A stretch of 64,000 bases of DNA from positions 1 through 64,000 of the forward strand of contig JALXBF010000191.1 of the NCBI GenBank assembly GCA_026991575.1. Direction: 5' to 3'. Shown here in pieces: positions 9,624 through 20,839 of the stretch. Positions within the stretch are counted from its first letter, which is position 1; every line of letters begins with the position of its first letter. Source of the stretch: Planctomycetota bacterium. GTDB taxonomy: Bacteria > Planctomycetota > Planctomycetia > JALXBF01. The notes beneath the pieces are model-generated. The model had not been told where the DNA came from. It did not search any database and saw nothing but the letters and a program-made list of their open reading frames with translations. The position numbers were made by a program, and so were the translations under genes.

Positions 9624-11411
9624 TTGGCAGAGTTGCTCAAGCACGATGTGGTGATCGTGGGTGGCGGGGCCGCAGGGCTGCGCGCGGCCATCGCGGTGGC
9701 CGAACGGAATCCGAATCTTTCCGTAGCGGTCGTCTCAAAGATCTATCCGATGCGATCGCACACCGTTTCGGCGGAAGGGGGAGCGGCCGCGGTCATCAAA
9801 GCGAACGACTCATTCGAGCATCATATCTACGACACGATCTCAGGTGCTGACTGGTTGGCCGATCAAGACGCGGTGGAGCTTTTCGTGCACGAGGCGCCTA
9901 AGGAGCTAACTCTTCTGGAGCACTGGGGCTGTCCCTGGAGCCGCGATCCGGATGGCACCGTGGCGGTGCGCCCGTTCGGTGGTATGAAGATCGAGCGCAC
10001 CTGGTTTGCCGCGGACAAGACCGGCTTCCACATGCTGCACACGCTCTACCAGACCGCACTTCGCTACGTGGAACTGACCTGGTACGACGAGTGGTTTGCC
10101 ACGAAGCTGTTGGTGGACGGTGACCGCTGCTATGGGGTCGTGGCTTTGGAGCTGCGGACCGGGGCGATCCGCGGCATCACGGGCAAAGCGGTCATCCTGT
10201 GCACCGGCGGTGCCGGCCGCGTGTTCCCGTTTACCACGAACGCCATCACGAAGACCGGCGACGGCATGGCGTTGGCGCTGCGTGCCGGCGTGCCGCTGAA
10301 GGACATGGAGTTCATTCAGTACCATCCCACCGGCCTACCCGGAACGGGGATCCTGATCACTGAGGCGGCTCGGGGTGAAGGCGGCATCATGGTTAACAAG
10401 GACGGATATCGCTACCTGCAGGACTACGGCCTGGGCAAGCCACTGGACGTGAACGATCCGCGGCACCCGGTGAAGCGCACCATGGAACTTGGCCCGCGCG
10501 ACAAGCTGAGCCAGGCGTTCGTGATGGAGATGCGCAAGGGCCGCACGCTCAAAGGGCCGTACGGCGACTACGTGTTGCTGGACATCCGCCACTTGGGCGA
10601 GAAGAAGATCAACGAGAAACTGCCTTTCGTGCGCGAGCTGGCCAGGAACTATGCGGGCATTGACCCCGTCTACGAACCGATTCCGGTGCGGCCCGTCGTG
10701 CACTATGTGATGGGTGGCGTGGATACGGACGTCGATGGCAGGACAGTGTTGGATGGCCTGTACGCTGCCGGTGAGTGTGCCTGTGTGAGCATCAACGGCG
10801 CGAACCGGTTAGGGTCCAACTCACTGACCGAATGCCTCGTCTTTGGGGCCCGGGCTGGCCATCACGCTGCCGAGTACGTTGCCTCGGCACCCGACCCGAA
10901 CGACTCGGTCTTACAGAAACAGGTGGAGGAGGAGGCCGCCAGGATTCGCAAGCAGTTCTTGGAGAAGACCGAGGGCAAGGAACGGCTCGTAACCGTACGC
11001 AAGGACATGCAGAATGCCATGGAAGATGGCGTCGGCATCTACCGCACGGAGCAGAGCGTGCAGCAAGCGCTGGAGAAGGTGCTGGAATGCCGTGAACGGT
11101 TCAAGGAGGTGTACCTGGACGACCACACGGTCAGCTTCAACACGGAGCTGATCTCGGCACTGGAACTGGAATGCATGTTGGACGTGGCGCTGGCCATGTG
11201 TCACGCAGCGCTTGCGCGCCGGGAGTCTCGCGGGGCGCACCAGCGTGAGGATCATCCGAACCGGGACGACGAGAACTTCCTGAAGCACAGCCTGGTTGTG
11301 CTGCGCGACGGTCAGCCGAAGGTCGAATGGAAGGACGTCGTGATCACCAAGTGGCCGCCGGGCGAACGGAAGTACGGTGCTGATTCAGGCTTGCCCACGG
11401 ACCAGAAATAG
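9624..11411 (+). CDS. frdA: Fumarate reductase flavoprotein subunit
   Basis: GGGAAG FAD loop, [10 protein letters not shown] (covalent-FAD His, Frd-type Glu), [48 protein letters not shown] start after GGAGG. Confidence 0.93.
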   Translation: MAELLKHDVVIVGGGAAGLRAAIAVAERNPNLSVAVVSKIYPMRSHTVSAEGGAAAVIKANDSFEHHIYDTISGADWLADQDAVELFVHEAPKELTLLEHWGCPWSRDPDGTVAVRPFGGMKIERTWFAADKTGFHMLHTLYQTALRYVELTWYDEWFATKLLVDGDRCYGVVALELRTGAIRGITGKAVILCTGGAGRVFPFTTNAITKTGDGMALALRAGVPLKDMEFIQYHPTGLPGTGILITEAARGEGGIMVNKDGYRYLQDYGLGKPLDVNDPRHPVKRTMELGPRDKLSQAFVMEMRKGRTLKGPYGDYVLLDIRHLGEKKINEKLPFVRELARNYAGIDPVYEPIPVRPVVHYVMGGVDTDVDGRTVLDGLYAAGECACVSINGANRLGSNSLTECLVFGARAGHHAAEYVASAPDPNDSVLQKQVEEEAARIRKQFLEKTEGKERLVTVRKDMQNAMEDGVGIYRTEQSVQQALEKVLECRERFKEVYLDDHTVSFNTELISALELECMLDVALAMCHAALARRESRGAHQREDHPNRDDENFLKHSLVVLRDGQPKVEWKDVVITKWPPGERKYGADSGLPTDQK

Positions 11412-11469
11412 CCGAACCTGCCCGGACCACGCCGCACAACCGTAAGAAGACCACGCGTCGAGGGTCAAC

Positions 11470-12216
11470 ATGGCAGACGAAACGATCATCCTGCGGGTAC
11501 TTCGCTACCGCCCGGAACAAGATTCCGAACCGACGTTCCAGGAGTACGAAGTCCCCTACCGCAAGGACTGGGTGGTCCTGGACGCGCTGAACTGGATCAA
11601 GGAATACAAAGACGGCACCCTCTCGTTTCGATGGAGCTGCCGCATGGGCGTGTGCGGTTCATGCGGCATGATGGTCAACGGCCGCGCGCGGCTCACCTGC
11701 AACACGTTCCTACGCGAGTTCTACCCGAATCCGATCACCGTCGAGCCGCTGGTCAATTTCGATATCGAACGCGACCTGGTAATCTGCATGGACCCGTTCA
11801 TCGAAAAGCTCAAGCGCGTCAAGCCGTGGATCATTCGCGAGGATGTCAAGCCGGTCGAGGATGGACCGTACGAGCAATCGCCGGCAGAGCTGTACCGGTA
11901 CAAGCAGTTCTCCATGTGCATCAACTGCATGCTCTGCTATGCAGCCTGCCCTGTCGTAGGGCTACATCCGGAGTTCATCGGACCGGCTGCCCTTGCGCTT
12001 GGCATCCGTTACCTGCTGGATTCGCGTGACCAGGGCTGGGACGAGCGGATGGAAGAGGTCGCCAGCCACGACGGCGTCTGGGGTTGCACGTTCGTGGGCG
12101 AATGCAGCGAGGTGTGCCCCAAACACGTGGATCCGGCTGCGGCGATTCAGCAGGGCAAGGTGATGGCAACCCTGGACTGGTTCAAACGCTTGCTCATGCC
12201 GCGGGGACAGCGATGA
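11470..12216 (+). CDS. frdB: Fumarate reductase iron-sulfur subunit
   Basis: SCRMGVCGSC...C, CINCMLCYAACP, CTFVGECSEVCP, AAAIQQGK. Confidence 0.93.
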   Translation: MADETIILRVLRYRPEQDSEPTFQEYEVPYRKDWVVLDALNWIKEYKDGTLSFRWSCRMGVCGSCGMMVNGRARLTCNTFLREFYPNPITVEPLVNFDIERDLVICMDPFIEKLKRVKPWIIREDVKPVEDGPYEQSPAELYRYKQFSMCINCMLCYAACPVVGLHPEFIGPAALALGIRYLLDSRDQGWDERMEEVASHDGVWGCTFVGECSEVCPKHVDPAAAIQQGKVMATLDWFKRLLMPRGQR

Positions 12217-12602
12217 GAAGACCTTACCGCCGACCAATGCCGAAGACCTGGTGGCTCAAGCACCCGCACTACACGCTATTCATGCTGCGGGAGCTGAGCG
12301 CCGTGTTCGTGATCTACTTCGCGCTCTGGACCGTGTGTCTGGTGCAGCGGGCCGGCCAGGGGGCTGAAGCGCTCAGTCGGTTTCTGCAGACCATGAAAGG
12401 CCCCGGTTGGATCCTGTGGCACCTGATCGGGTTGGCCTTCGTGCTGCTGCACACGTACACCTGGTTCGCCACCGCGCCGAAAGTGATGCCGGTGCGCCGC
12501 GGTGCCGAGAAGGTGCCCGATGGCGTGATCATTGCTGCCCAGTGGATCGTTCTGCTGATCGTCAGCGTCATCTTCGTGGTGCTGTTGGCTGCGACAACCT
12601 AG
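12213..12602 (+). CDS. frdC: Fumarate reductase membrane anchor subunit C
   Basis: ATGA overlap with frdB; RRPYRRPM..TWW....Y..FMLRE and LLHT.TWF..APK match the FrdC pattern; 3 TM helices. Confidence 0.9.
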   Translation: MRRPYRRPMPKTWWLKHPHYTLFMLRELSAVFVIYFALWTVCLVQRAGQGAEALSRFLQTMKGPGWILWHLIGLAFVLLHTYTWFATAPKVMPVRRGAEKVPDGVIIAAQWIVLLIVSVIFVVLLAATT

Positions 12603-12622
12603 CGGACGGAGAAGCATAGACG

Positions 12623-12964
12623 ATGGCTCGCTCCAACGAACCTGCTGTCTGGTCGCTGTTTGCAGGAGGTGGGGCCCTGACCGCCCTGATCCTGCCGGTC
12701 CACGCTCTTGCGCTCACGATCCTGCTGCCTCTGGGCGTCATCGAGGCCGATTCCGAGAAGCTGGTCGCCTTTCTTGGTCACCCATTGTTCCGGCTGTACA
12801 TGTTCGTGCTTGCCCTGCTTGGCCTTTTCCATGGCGCGCATCGACTGCGTTTCACGCTCATCGACCTCGGTCTCCACGCACTGGCTACACCGATCACGTG
12901 GCTTTGCTACGGTGGAGCGACGATCGGATCGTTGGTCGCGCTGTGGGTGGCCGTTAGCTTCTGA
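12623..12964 (+). CDS. frdD: Fumarate reductase membrane anchor subunit D
   Basis: RSNEPAVWSLF.GGG, HG.HRLR...DL, CYG match the FrdD pattern; 3 TM helices. Confidence 0.9.
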   Translation: MARSNEPAVWSLFAGGGALTALILPVHALALTILLPLGVIEADSEKLVAFLGHPLFRLYMFVLALLGLFHGAHRLRFTLIDLGLHALATPITWLCYGGATIGSLVALWVAVSF

Positions 12965-13098
12965 CCGACGGCCCGCTCACCGCATGCTGGTCGCGGACCG
13001 ACCCACGCGTGGTGGCGTGCCAGCACGTGTTGCCGAGGGCGACGCGCTATCGAGATGATTCAGTAGCCCCCTTTCCACGAGCTTTCCCGGTGGATTGC

Positions 13099-13138
13099 CG
13101 CGGTTGCGGACGTTTGCTCCGCAACCGCGTTTCTGTTG
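13099..13138 (+). terminator. Intrinsic terminator downstream of frdABCD
   Basis: Perfect 12-bp stem CGCGGTTGCGGA / TCCGCAACCGCG, 7-nt loop, followed by TTTCTGTT. Confidence 0.75.
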
Positions 13139-13250
13139 GCCCCACTGCCGGGCTCGGAACCATGGCCGCTGGTGAACCAGACACCGTGCCACGGAGGCCG
13201 GCTCCGCCGCTACGATTGGGGGTGCACCTGACCTAGATTGGAGGACAGCA

Positions 13251-14372
13251 ATGTCCGAAGCACTGTTGCGCACGCCGTTGAACGCATGGCACCGGGAACA
13301 TGGCGCACGGATGGTGGCATTCGCTGGCTGGGAGATGCCCATCCAGTACAGATCCATTGTCGAGGAGCACCAGGCCACGCGGCAGGCGGTCGGCCTGTTT
13401 GACATCTCGCACATGGCCCGGATCTTCCTTTCAGGCCCGGACACGGCCGCTTTCCTTGACTACCTCGTGACCAACTCGGTTGGCAACCTCTCACCCGGCC
13501 GGATTCGCTACGCGCTGGTGACCAACCCTCAAGGCGGCACCAAGGACGACGTCCTCGTGTACCGCCTGCCGGACGGCGGGGACCATAGCCATCTGGTCGT
13601 AGCCAACGCTGCCAACCGGCAGAAGATCCTCGAGTGGCTCGAGCGGAACCGCGCCGGGCGGCGTGTCGCCTGGGTGGACCGCACGCTTCAGACAGCCATG
13701 ATCGCGGTTCAGGGACCACGTGCGATCGAATTGGTGGCTCGGATCGTGGCGTTATCGAGCGGCTCGCTTGCCGAGCTTCGCTATTACCGGGCGGCCACGT
13801 GTCGGGTCGTGGGAACCGAGGGGTTGGTCAGTCGCACGGGCTACACCGGGGAGGACGGCGTGGAGCTGATTGTGCCGGCGGAGAAGGCTGTCGAACTGTG
13901 GCGAACGCTGCTGGAAGGCGGGACGGCCGTGGGCGCAAGCCCGTGCGGCCTCGGGGCGCGTGACACGCTGCGGTTGGAGGCCGGGCTGCCGCTGTACGGG
14001 CACGAGCTGGCCGAGGACATCAGTCCACTGGAGGCCCGGCTGGAATTCGCGGTGAAGTTCGACAAGGGAGAATTCGTAGGCCGTGACGCGTTGTTGGCAC
14101 AGCAGCGGCAAGGACTGACACGGGTCAGGGTGGGCCTGGAGCTGGAGGGGAGGCGGATTGCCCGCGAGGGGGCGGAGATCCAAGCCGATGGCCGCACGAT
14201 CGGAAAGGTGACGTCCGGTACGTTTGCCCCGACCTTGCAAAAAGTCATCGCCATGGGATTCGTGCCGCCCGCTTACGCCGAGCCCGGGACGGCGGTGACT
14301 GTCCTGGTGCGCGGGCATGCGGTACCGGCGCGCGTCGTGGCGTTGCCCTTCTACCGCAGAGCGGGACGGTGA
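13251..14372 (+). CDS. gcvT: Glycine cleavage system aminomethyltransferase T
   Basis: RTPL, FAGWEMP.QY, GLFDISHM, SRTGYTGEDG.E, GLGARDTLRLEAG. Confidence 0.97.
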   Translation: MSEALLRTPLNAWHREHGARMVAFAGWEMPIQYRSIVEEHQATRQAVGLFDISHMARIFLSGPDTAAFLDYLVTNSVGNLSPGRIRYALVTNPQGGTKDDVLVYRLPDGGDHSHLVVANAANRQKILEWLERNRAGRRVAWVDRTLQTAMIAVQGPRAIELVARIVALSSGSLAELRYYRAATCRVVGTEGLVSRTGYTGEDGVELIVPAEKAVELWRTLLEGGTAVGASPCGLGARDTLRLEAGLPLYGHELAEDISPLEARLEFAVKFDKGEFVGRDALLAQQRQGLTRVRVGLELEGRRIAREGAEIQADGRTIGKVTSGTFAPTLQKVIAMGFVPPAYAEPGTAVTVLVRGHAVPARVVALPFYRRAGR

Positions 14373-14513
14373 GCTAGGCCGCTGGTGGAGCCAGTGTGAC
14401 GCACGCCGACCGCCCGCATGCTCCCGGCAGGCCGCTGAGGCCGGCTGCCGGCGGACCGGCGGCTATAATTCGCACTCAACCGTGTCTGGGATTGCTTCTG
14501 GTAGGAGACGACG

Positions 14514-14912
14514 ATGAGCCAGGCGGCATATGACCCGAGACAGCTGCGCTTCAGCGAATCACACGAATGGGCCCATCTAGAGGGGGATATTGTCACGGTG
14601 GGTATCACCGATTTCGCCGTGGATCAGCTCACCGACCTCGTGCACGTGGAGCTCCCGGCGGTGGGCACGGAGGTCGTCCAGGGGGAGCCGTTTGGCGAGA
14701 TCGAGTCGGTGAAGACGGTCAGTGATCTGATTGCACCGGTCAGTGGTACGGTTGCCGAAGTGAACCAGGCCGTGCAGCAGGATGTGACGATCATTTCGCA
14801 GGATCCTTACGGGCAGGGGTGGATGATCAAGGTGCGAGTGCCAGAAGGCACGACGCTGGATCATCTGATGACCTACGACGAGTACCAGCAACAGATCGGC
14901 GGCGGTGCGTGA
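14514..14912 (+). CDS. gcvH: Glycine cleavage system H protein
   Basis: SHEW, GITDFA, lipoyl-lysine IESVKT, DPYGQGW. Confidence 0.97.
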   Translation: MSQAAYDPRQLRFSESHEWAHLEGDIVTVGITDFAVDQLTDLVHVELPAVGTEVVQGEPFGEIESVKTVSDLIAPVSGTVAEVNQAVQQDVTIISQDPYGQGWMIKVRVPEGTTLDHLMTYDEYQQQIGGGA

Positions 14913-14924
14913 CGGGAACAGACC

Positions 14925-16292
14925 ATGCCCTACATTGCCAACACCGAAGATGACCGTCGGCGGATGCTGGAGCGGATCGGTGTCGGTTCCGTGGATGAGC
15001 TGTTTGAGGTCATTCCGCCGTCGATCCGGCTGAACCGGCCGTTAGCCGTTCCGCCCGCGTTGAGCGAGCCGGAGCTGGTGCGGCACGTCCGTGAACTGGC
15101 GGGTTGCAACGATGTGGCTGGGATCTGCTTCCTGGGTGCGGGAGCCTACGACCATTTCATCCCCGCTGTGGTCGATGAGCTGGCATCTCGGAACGAGTTC
15201 TACACGGCGTACACGCCTTACCAGCCGGAGGCGAGCCAGGGCAGCCTGCAGGCATTCTTTGAGTTCCAGAGTCTGATCTGCGACCTGACCGGCATGGAGG
15301 TAGCCAACGCCAGCCTTTACGACGGTGCAACCGCCGCGGCCGAAGCGACCCTGATGGCACTGAGCGTTACGAAGCGGTACGGCAAGGTGCTGATCAGTAG
15401 CACGGTGCACCCGCATGTGCGGGCCGTGGTCCGGACGTATCTGCAGCACCTGGAGCCGGAGCTGGTGGAGGTGCCGGCCAGCGGCGGTGTCACTGATGTC
15501 GACGCGCTGGCCGACGCCGTGGACGATCAGACGGCTGCCGTCCTGGTGCAGCATCCAAACTTCTTCGGCGCGCTGGAACCGGTGACCGCGGTGGGGGAAG
15601 CGGCCCATCGCGCCGGTGCCTTGTTCATCGTAGCCTACGACCCGATCAGCCTGGGCATCCTGAAGCGGCCGGGCGACTATGGCGCGGACATTGCTGTGGC
15701 CGAAGGCCAACCGCTTGGCATTCCGCTGCAGTACGGAGGCCCGTACCTGGGGCTGCTTTCCTGCCGGCGGGCGTACGTACGGCGTATGCCGGGCCGGCTT
15801 GTGGGTGCCACGCTGGACCGCGACGGCCGCCGCTGCTTTGTGCTCACGTTGCAGACGCGCGAGCAGCACATTCGCCGGCAGAAGGCCACGTCGAACATCT
15901 GCACGAATCAGGGGCTGCTGGCCTTGCGAGCGACGATCTATCTGGCGGCGCTTGGCCCCCAGGGGCTGCGCGAAGCGGCGCTCGGCTGTGTGCGCAATGC
16001 CCATCGCCTTGCCGAGCTGCTGGCTGATGAAGGCCTTGCCGAGCTGGCCTTTCCGCACGCACCCTTCTTCAAAGAGTTTGCGTTGCGGATCCCCGGTGCC
16101 GACGTGCCCGCACTGGTCCGGCAGATGCGTCGAGCGGGGATCCATGCAGGCGTCCCGCTGGGTCGCTATGACCCGGCACTCGGCGATTGTCTGCTGGTAG
16201 CGGTCACCGAGAAGCGTACCGACGAAGAACTACACCGTTACGTGGCTGCCTTCCGCGCGGCGTTGAGGGGCAGGGGGGGGGCAGTGAGCTGA
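14925..16292 (+). CDS. gcvPA: Glycine dehydrogenase (decarboxylating) subunit 1
   Basis: FLGAGAY.H, YTAYTPYQPEASQG, NASLYDG, LQTREQHIRR.KATSNICTNQ. Confidence 0.97.
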   Translation: MPYIANTEDDRRRMLERIGVGSVDELFEVIPPSIRLNRPLAVPPALSEPELVRHVRELAGCNDVAGICFLGAGAYDHFIPAVVDELASRNEFYTAYTPYQPEASQGSLQAFFEFQSLICDLTGMEVANASLYDGATAAAEATLMALSVTKRYGKVLISSTVHPHVRAVVRTYLQHLEPELVEVPASGGVTDVDALADAVDDQTAAVLVQHPNFFGALEPVTAVGEAAHRAGALFIVAYDPISLGILKRPGDYGADIAVAEGQPLGIPLQYGGPYLGLLSCRRAYVRRMPGRLVGATLDRDGRRCFVLTLQTREQHIRRQKATSNICTNQGLLALRATIYLAALGPQGLREAALGCVRNAHRLAELLADEGLAELAFPHAPFFKEFALRIPGADVPALVRQMRRAGIHAGVPLGRYDPALGDCLLVAVTEKRTDEELHRYVAAFRAALRGRGGAVS

Positions 16293-16312
16293 TTGCCACA
16301 GGGGACCGGCTC

Positions 16313-17878
16313 ATGGCGACGAAGTCCACCAGATTTCCATTGCGCGATCAACGGTCGCTGGCGTTGCTGAAGGAACTGTCCAGGCCGCAGCGCAGGGCGG
16401 CCCGGCTGCCGGTTGCCGACGATGCCGCCGATGAACTCCAGCAGTGGCTACCGGAGGAGCATCGTTCAGACAGCCCCCCGCCGCTGCCCGAACTCAGCGA
16501 ACTCGACCTGGTGCGGCACTTCGTTAATCTCTCGGCGCTGAACATGTCGGTCGACTCGGCGTTCTATCCGCTGGGCTCGTGCACGATGAAGTACAACCCG
16601 AAGCGGCACGAATGGGCGGCCCGGTTGCCTGGTTTTCTGAACGTGCATCCCCAGCAGGATGACGAGAGTGTTCAGGGGATGTTAGCGCTGCTCTACGGCA
16701 TGCAGGAGCTGCTGGCGGAGATCAGCGGATTGCCGTGCGTTTCGCTTCAGCCGGCGGCCGGTGCGCAGGGGGAGCTGACCTGTCTGCTGATTGCCGCCGC
16801 GTACTACCGGGACCAGGGCCAACAGCGGACCAAGGTGTTGATTCCCGACAGCGCGCACGGCACGAACCCGGCCAGCGCGGCACTTGCCGGGTTCGACTGC
16901 GTGACGGTCGCCAGCAATGAGCGGGGCACGGTGGATCTGGCGGACCTGAAAGCCAAGCTTGACCCTCAGGTTGCCGTCTGCATGATCACCAACCCGAACA
17001 CGTTGGGGCTGTTCGAGACGGACATCGTGGAGGTGGCACAGGCGTTACATGAGAACGGTTCGCTGCTGTATATCGATGGCGCAAACCTGAATGCAATCCT
17101 GGGCAAATGCCGCCCGGGCGATTTCGGCGCGGACATGATGCACTTCAACGTGCACAAGACCTTCACCGGCCCGCACGGCTCAGGCGGGCCGGGTGCAGGG
17201 CCGATCGCCGTGCGCGAGGAGCTCGGAGCCTACTTGCCGACGCCGGTCATCGTGCGCGAGAGGGGGGAGGACGACAGGCCCCGCTACCGTCTGGACTACG
17301 ACCGGCCGCGGTCTGTCGGTCGCGTGCATGGCTTCTTCGGCAACGTAGGCATTCTGGTCCGTGGCTACTGTTACTTGCGTTCGTTGGGGCCGGAAGGGAT
17401 GCGCCGGGTCGCGGAGAATGCGGTGCTGAACGCCAACTACCTCTTGGCCAGGGTGCGTGAGGCGTACCCGGTGCCGTACGGCCAGCGGTGCATGCACGAG
17501 TTCGTGGCGACCACCGTCGACGGGGATGACCTCCAAGAGGTGGTCCGCTACTGGCAACAACGGCACCTGTTGCCCCGCAAGGTTGCGCTCACGGCGCAGG
17601 ACGTAGCCAAGCGGCTGCTCGATTACGGCTTCCATGCTCCTACCGTGTACTTCCCGCTGATCGTGCCGGAAGCCCTGATGATCGAGCCGACCGAGACGGA
17701 AGCGAAGGAGACGCTCGATGCGTTTGCAGACGCGCTGCTGGCGATCCGGCGCGAGGAGAGAGAGCTCGTGCGTGAGGCGCCGCACACGACGCCCGTGCGG
17801 CGACCCGACGAGGTGCGCGCTGCGCGGCACCCGGTGCTGACCTGGCATGAATTGGAGCAGATAACTCAGGACCGATGA
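16313..17878 (+). CDS. gcvPB: Glycine dehydrogenase (decarboxylating) subunit 2
   Basis: YPLGSCTMKYNP, SAHGTNPASA, PLP lysine NVHKTF..PHG.GGPG, IEPTETE; start taken at ATG 16313. Confidence 0.96.
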   Translation: MATKSTRFPLRDQRSLALLKELSRPQRRAARLPVADDAADELQQWLPEEHRSDSPPPLPELSELDLVRHFVNLSALNMSVDSAFYPLGSCTMKYNPKRHEWAARLPGFLNVHPQQDDESVQGMLALLYGMQELLAEISGLPCVSLQPAAGAQGELTCLLIAAAYYRDQGQQRTKVLIPDSAHGTNPASAALAGFDCVTVASNERGTVDLADLKAKLDPQVAVCMITNPNTLGLFETDIVEVAQALHENGSLLYIDGANLNAILGKCRPGDFGADMMHFNVHKTFTGPHGSGGPGAGPIAVREELGAYLPTPVIVRERGEDDRPRYRLDYDRPRSVGRVHGFFGNVGILVRGYCYLRSLGPEGMRRVAENAVLNANYLLARVREAYPVPYGQRCMHEFVATTVDGDDLQEVVRYWQQRHLLPRKVALTAQDVAKRLLDYGFHAPTVYFPLIVPEALMIEPTETEAKETLDAFADALLAIRREERELVREAPHTTPVRRPDEVRAARHPVLTWHELEQITQDR

Positions 17879-18612
17879 CTCAGGCGTTCCTGCTGCCGGA
17901 AGCTGACGCCGATCGCTTCCTGAACATGGCTCTGGACGAGGCGATTTGGCGGTGGGTGTGCGCAGGGTGTGCCGATGCGGTCGCCCGGCTGTACGGCTGG
18001 TCCGACGCACCGGTGCTGAGCGTCGGCTACTTTCAGTCGGTGTTGCAGGAGGATTGCCAGCGGCAGCTTGCCCGCGTAGCTGGTCGTTTCGTGCGGCGTC
18101 CGACGGGGGGTGGCGCCATCCGCCATGAGCACCAGATCACTTTCGCGCTGGCGCTGCGTTGCCGGCAACGAGGGCTGCGCGGCATCGCGCCGCTGGTTCA
18201 TCGGGCGGTTGCCCGCGAGCTTTCGCTTGCAGGGATTCCGGTCCAGATGGGTGGAGTGGGCGCTGACGATTCGGCCTTCTACTGCTTCGACCGGCCCGAT
18301 CGCTATGCACTGTGCTGCTACGGCCGGCGCGTGCTCGGCAGCGCGCAGCGACGCCGGGGACAGGTGGTGCTGATCCACGGCGTACTTGACCCGGCCGGCG
18401 TGATGCCCCGTGAGCTGGCGAAAGTCGCGTTGGTGCGGGCGTTTGAGGCAGTCTGGGGGAGCAGGTTGCCAACCAGGGCTCCGGACGAACGACTCCTGGC
18501 CGTAGCCCGTGAACTGGCGCGTACCCGCTATCGGACGCGTCGGTGGAACCATCGCGGCCGCGGCCACCCGGCGGACAGCGACCGGCTAGTTCCCACCAGA
18601 CAGATGCGTTAG
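17875..18612 (+). CDS. Lipoate-protein ligase / octanoyltransferase (LplA/LipM family)
   Basis: NMALDEA, RLYGW, VRRPTGGGAI.H, YCFD, GSAQRR; ATGA overlap with gcvPB. Confidence 0.85.
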   Translation: MTQAFLLPEADADRFLNMALDEAIWRWVCAGCADAVARLYGWSDAPVLSVGYFQSVLQEDCQRQLARVAGRFVRRPTGGGAIRHEHQITFALALRCRQRGLRGIAPLVHRAVARELSLAGIPVQMGGVGADDSAFYCFDRPDRYALCCYGRRVLGSAQRRRGQVVLIHGVLDPAGVMPRELAKVALVRAFEAVWGSRLPTRAPDERLLAVARELARTRYRTRRWNHRGRGHPADSDRLVPTRQMR

Positions 18613-18742
18613 AATACATAGCGGAACCCCACGGGGTACCGTGAGTGAAGCTGCCAGTGGCAGCGAACCGATCCTAGTAACGGGTGCCGGGCCGCTGCCG
18701 TTTGACTGCACGTGTGCTCGCGCAGCGGTGTCGCGGAAGGGG

Positions 18743-18772
18743 TTGACAGGCCCCAGAGGCAGTTTTTACAGT
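18743..18772 (+). promoter_or_regulatory. Sigma70-type promoter upstream of the FHA gene
   Basis: TTGACA-N18-TACAGT in intergenic DNA. Confidence 0.55.
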
Positions 18773-18922
18773 GTGTACGCCTGCAGGTCACGGACGGTTG
18801 CACGTGGCGCTTCAGCGGCAGTTTGAGGCTCTCTGGTCGCGGTGGGCGTTCACCCGCCTGCCCACGGAGGTGGCAGCAAGTCAGAACGCTACCGTGGTCA
18901 GTACAAACCGGCAGGTGGTGCT

Positions 18923-19657
18923 GTGCTCGACGTAAGACTGGTCGTCGTTCAGGGTAAACCCATCGGGAAGGAAATACCGCTTCGGATCCCCAAGTTCCTT
19001 GTCGGTCGTGCATCGCACTGCCACCTCCGGCCCACCAGCGAACTGGTGAGCCGGCAGCATTGCGTGTTTCTGGTCAACGACAGTGAAGTGCGGCTGCGCG
19101 ATCTGGGCAGCACCAATGGCACGTGCGTCAACGGCCAGCGGATCACCGGAGAGGTTGTCCTCAAGCACGGCGACACGGTAACCATCGGCACGCTGGGCTT
19201 CCGGGTCGTGATTCGCCAGCCGGCCCAGAAGCAGCAAAGTACACCGCCGAAAGCTGCCGCCCGCCTCGGTAGCCAGGACACCGACGAGAACAAGATCGCC
19301 GAGTGGTTGTTGTCCGGCGCCGACGACGATCAGAGCGCAGCCGATATGCCCACCACGTTCGGTGTTCCAACGATGCCGGCCGCAGGCGAGGAGGAGACGA
19401 TTGCGGAGCGGGCGGAGCTGATGGAAACTCAGCTCGGTATCCCACAGGTCGCTGAGCCGAACCAGCAGAATCAGCCTGCCCAGGGGCAAGAGCAGGGAGC
19501 AGCGGCCGAGGAGGGCGAAGAGAAGGTCGTTGTCGTCGAAGGCGGCCTGAAGATTCGTCTGAAAGGCAAGAAGCAAAAAATCGAAAAGACTCGTGAAGAT
19601 ACTAGCCGCGCAGCCGACGAGATCCTTCGCAAGATGCTGGAACGGCGGCCGCGTTAG
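18923..19657 (+). CDS. FHA domain protein with acidic low-complexity C-terminus
   Basis: GR...C.LR...VSR.HC, DLGSTNGT.VNG; C-terminal DTS.AA..IL..M; GTG start. Confidence 0.88.
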   Translation: MLDVRLVVVQGKPIGKEIPLRIPKFLVGRASHCHLRPTSELVSRQHCVFLVNDSEVRLRDLGSTNGTCVNGQRITGEVVLKHGDTVTIGTLGFRVVIRQPAQKQQSTPPKAAARLGSQDTDENKIAEWLLSGADDDQSAADMPTTFGVPTMPAAGEEETIAERAELMETQLGIPQVAEPNQQNQPAQGQEQGAAAEEGEEKVVVVEGGLKIRLKGKKQKIEKTREDTSRAADEILRKMLERRPR

Positions 19658-19802
19658 CCGAGCCGACGAGAAGCAGCAATGCACCTCTTCCCCATCGGCA
19701 CAGGGATTTTGTCCCTGTGCCGCTTTAGTGTCTTAGAGAGCGGACGAACACGGGGCCGGCTGGGAAAATGAGTCGATACCCATCGGCGTCAAGCACGAAC
19801 CG

Positions 19803-20804
<1,002 letters not shown>

Positions 20805-20839
20805 CTGTGGCAAGAGCCGGGCAGACCGAGCGCCAGAAA

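Noticed and set aside
12965..13250. Glycine riboswitch upstream of gcvT
   Set aside because: No GGAGA...CCGAAG...CUCUCAGG core seen; the only strong stem is the frd terminator.
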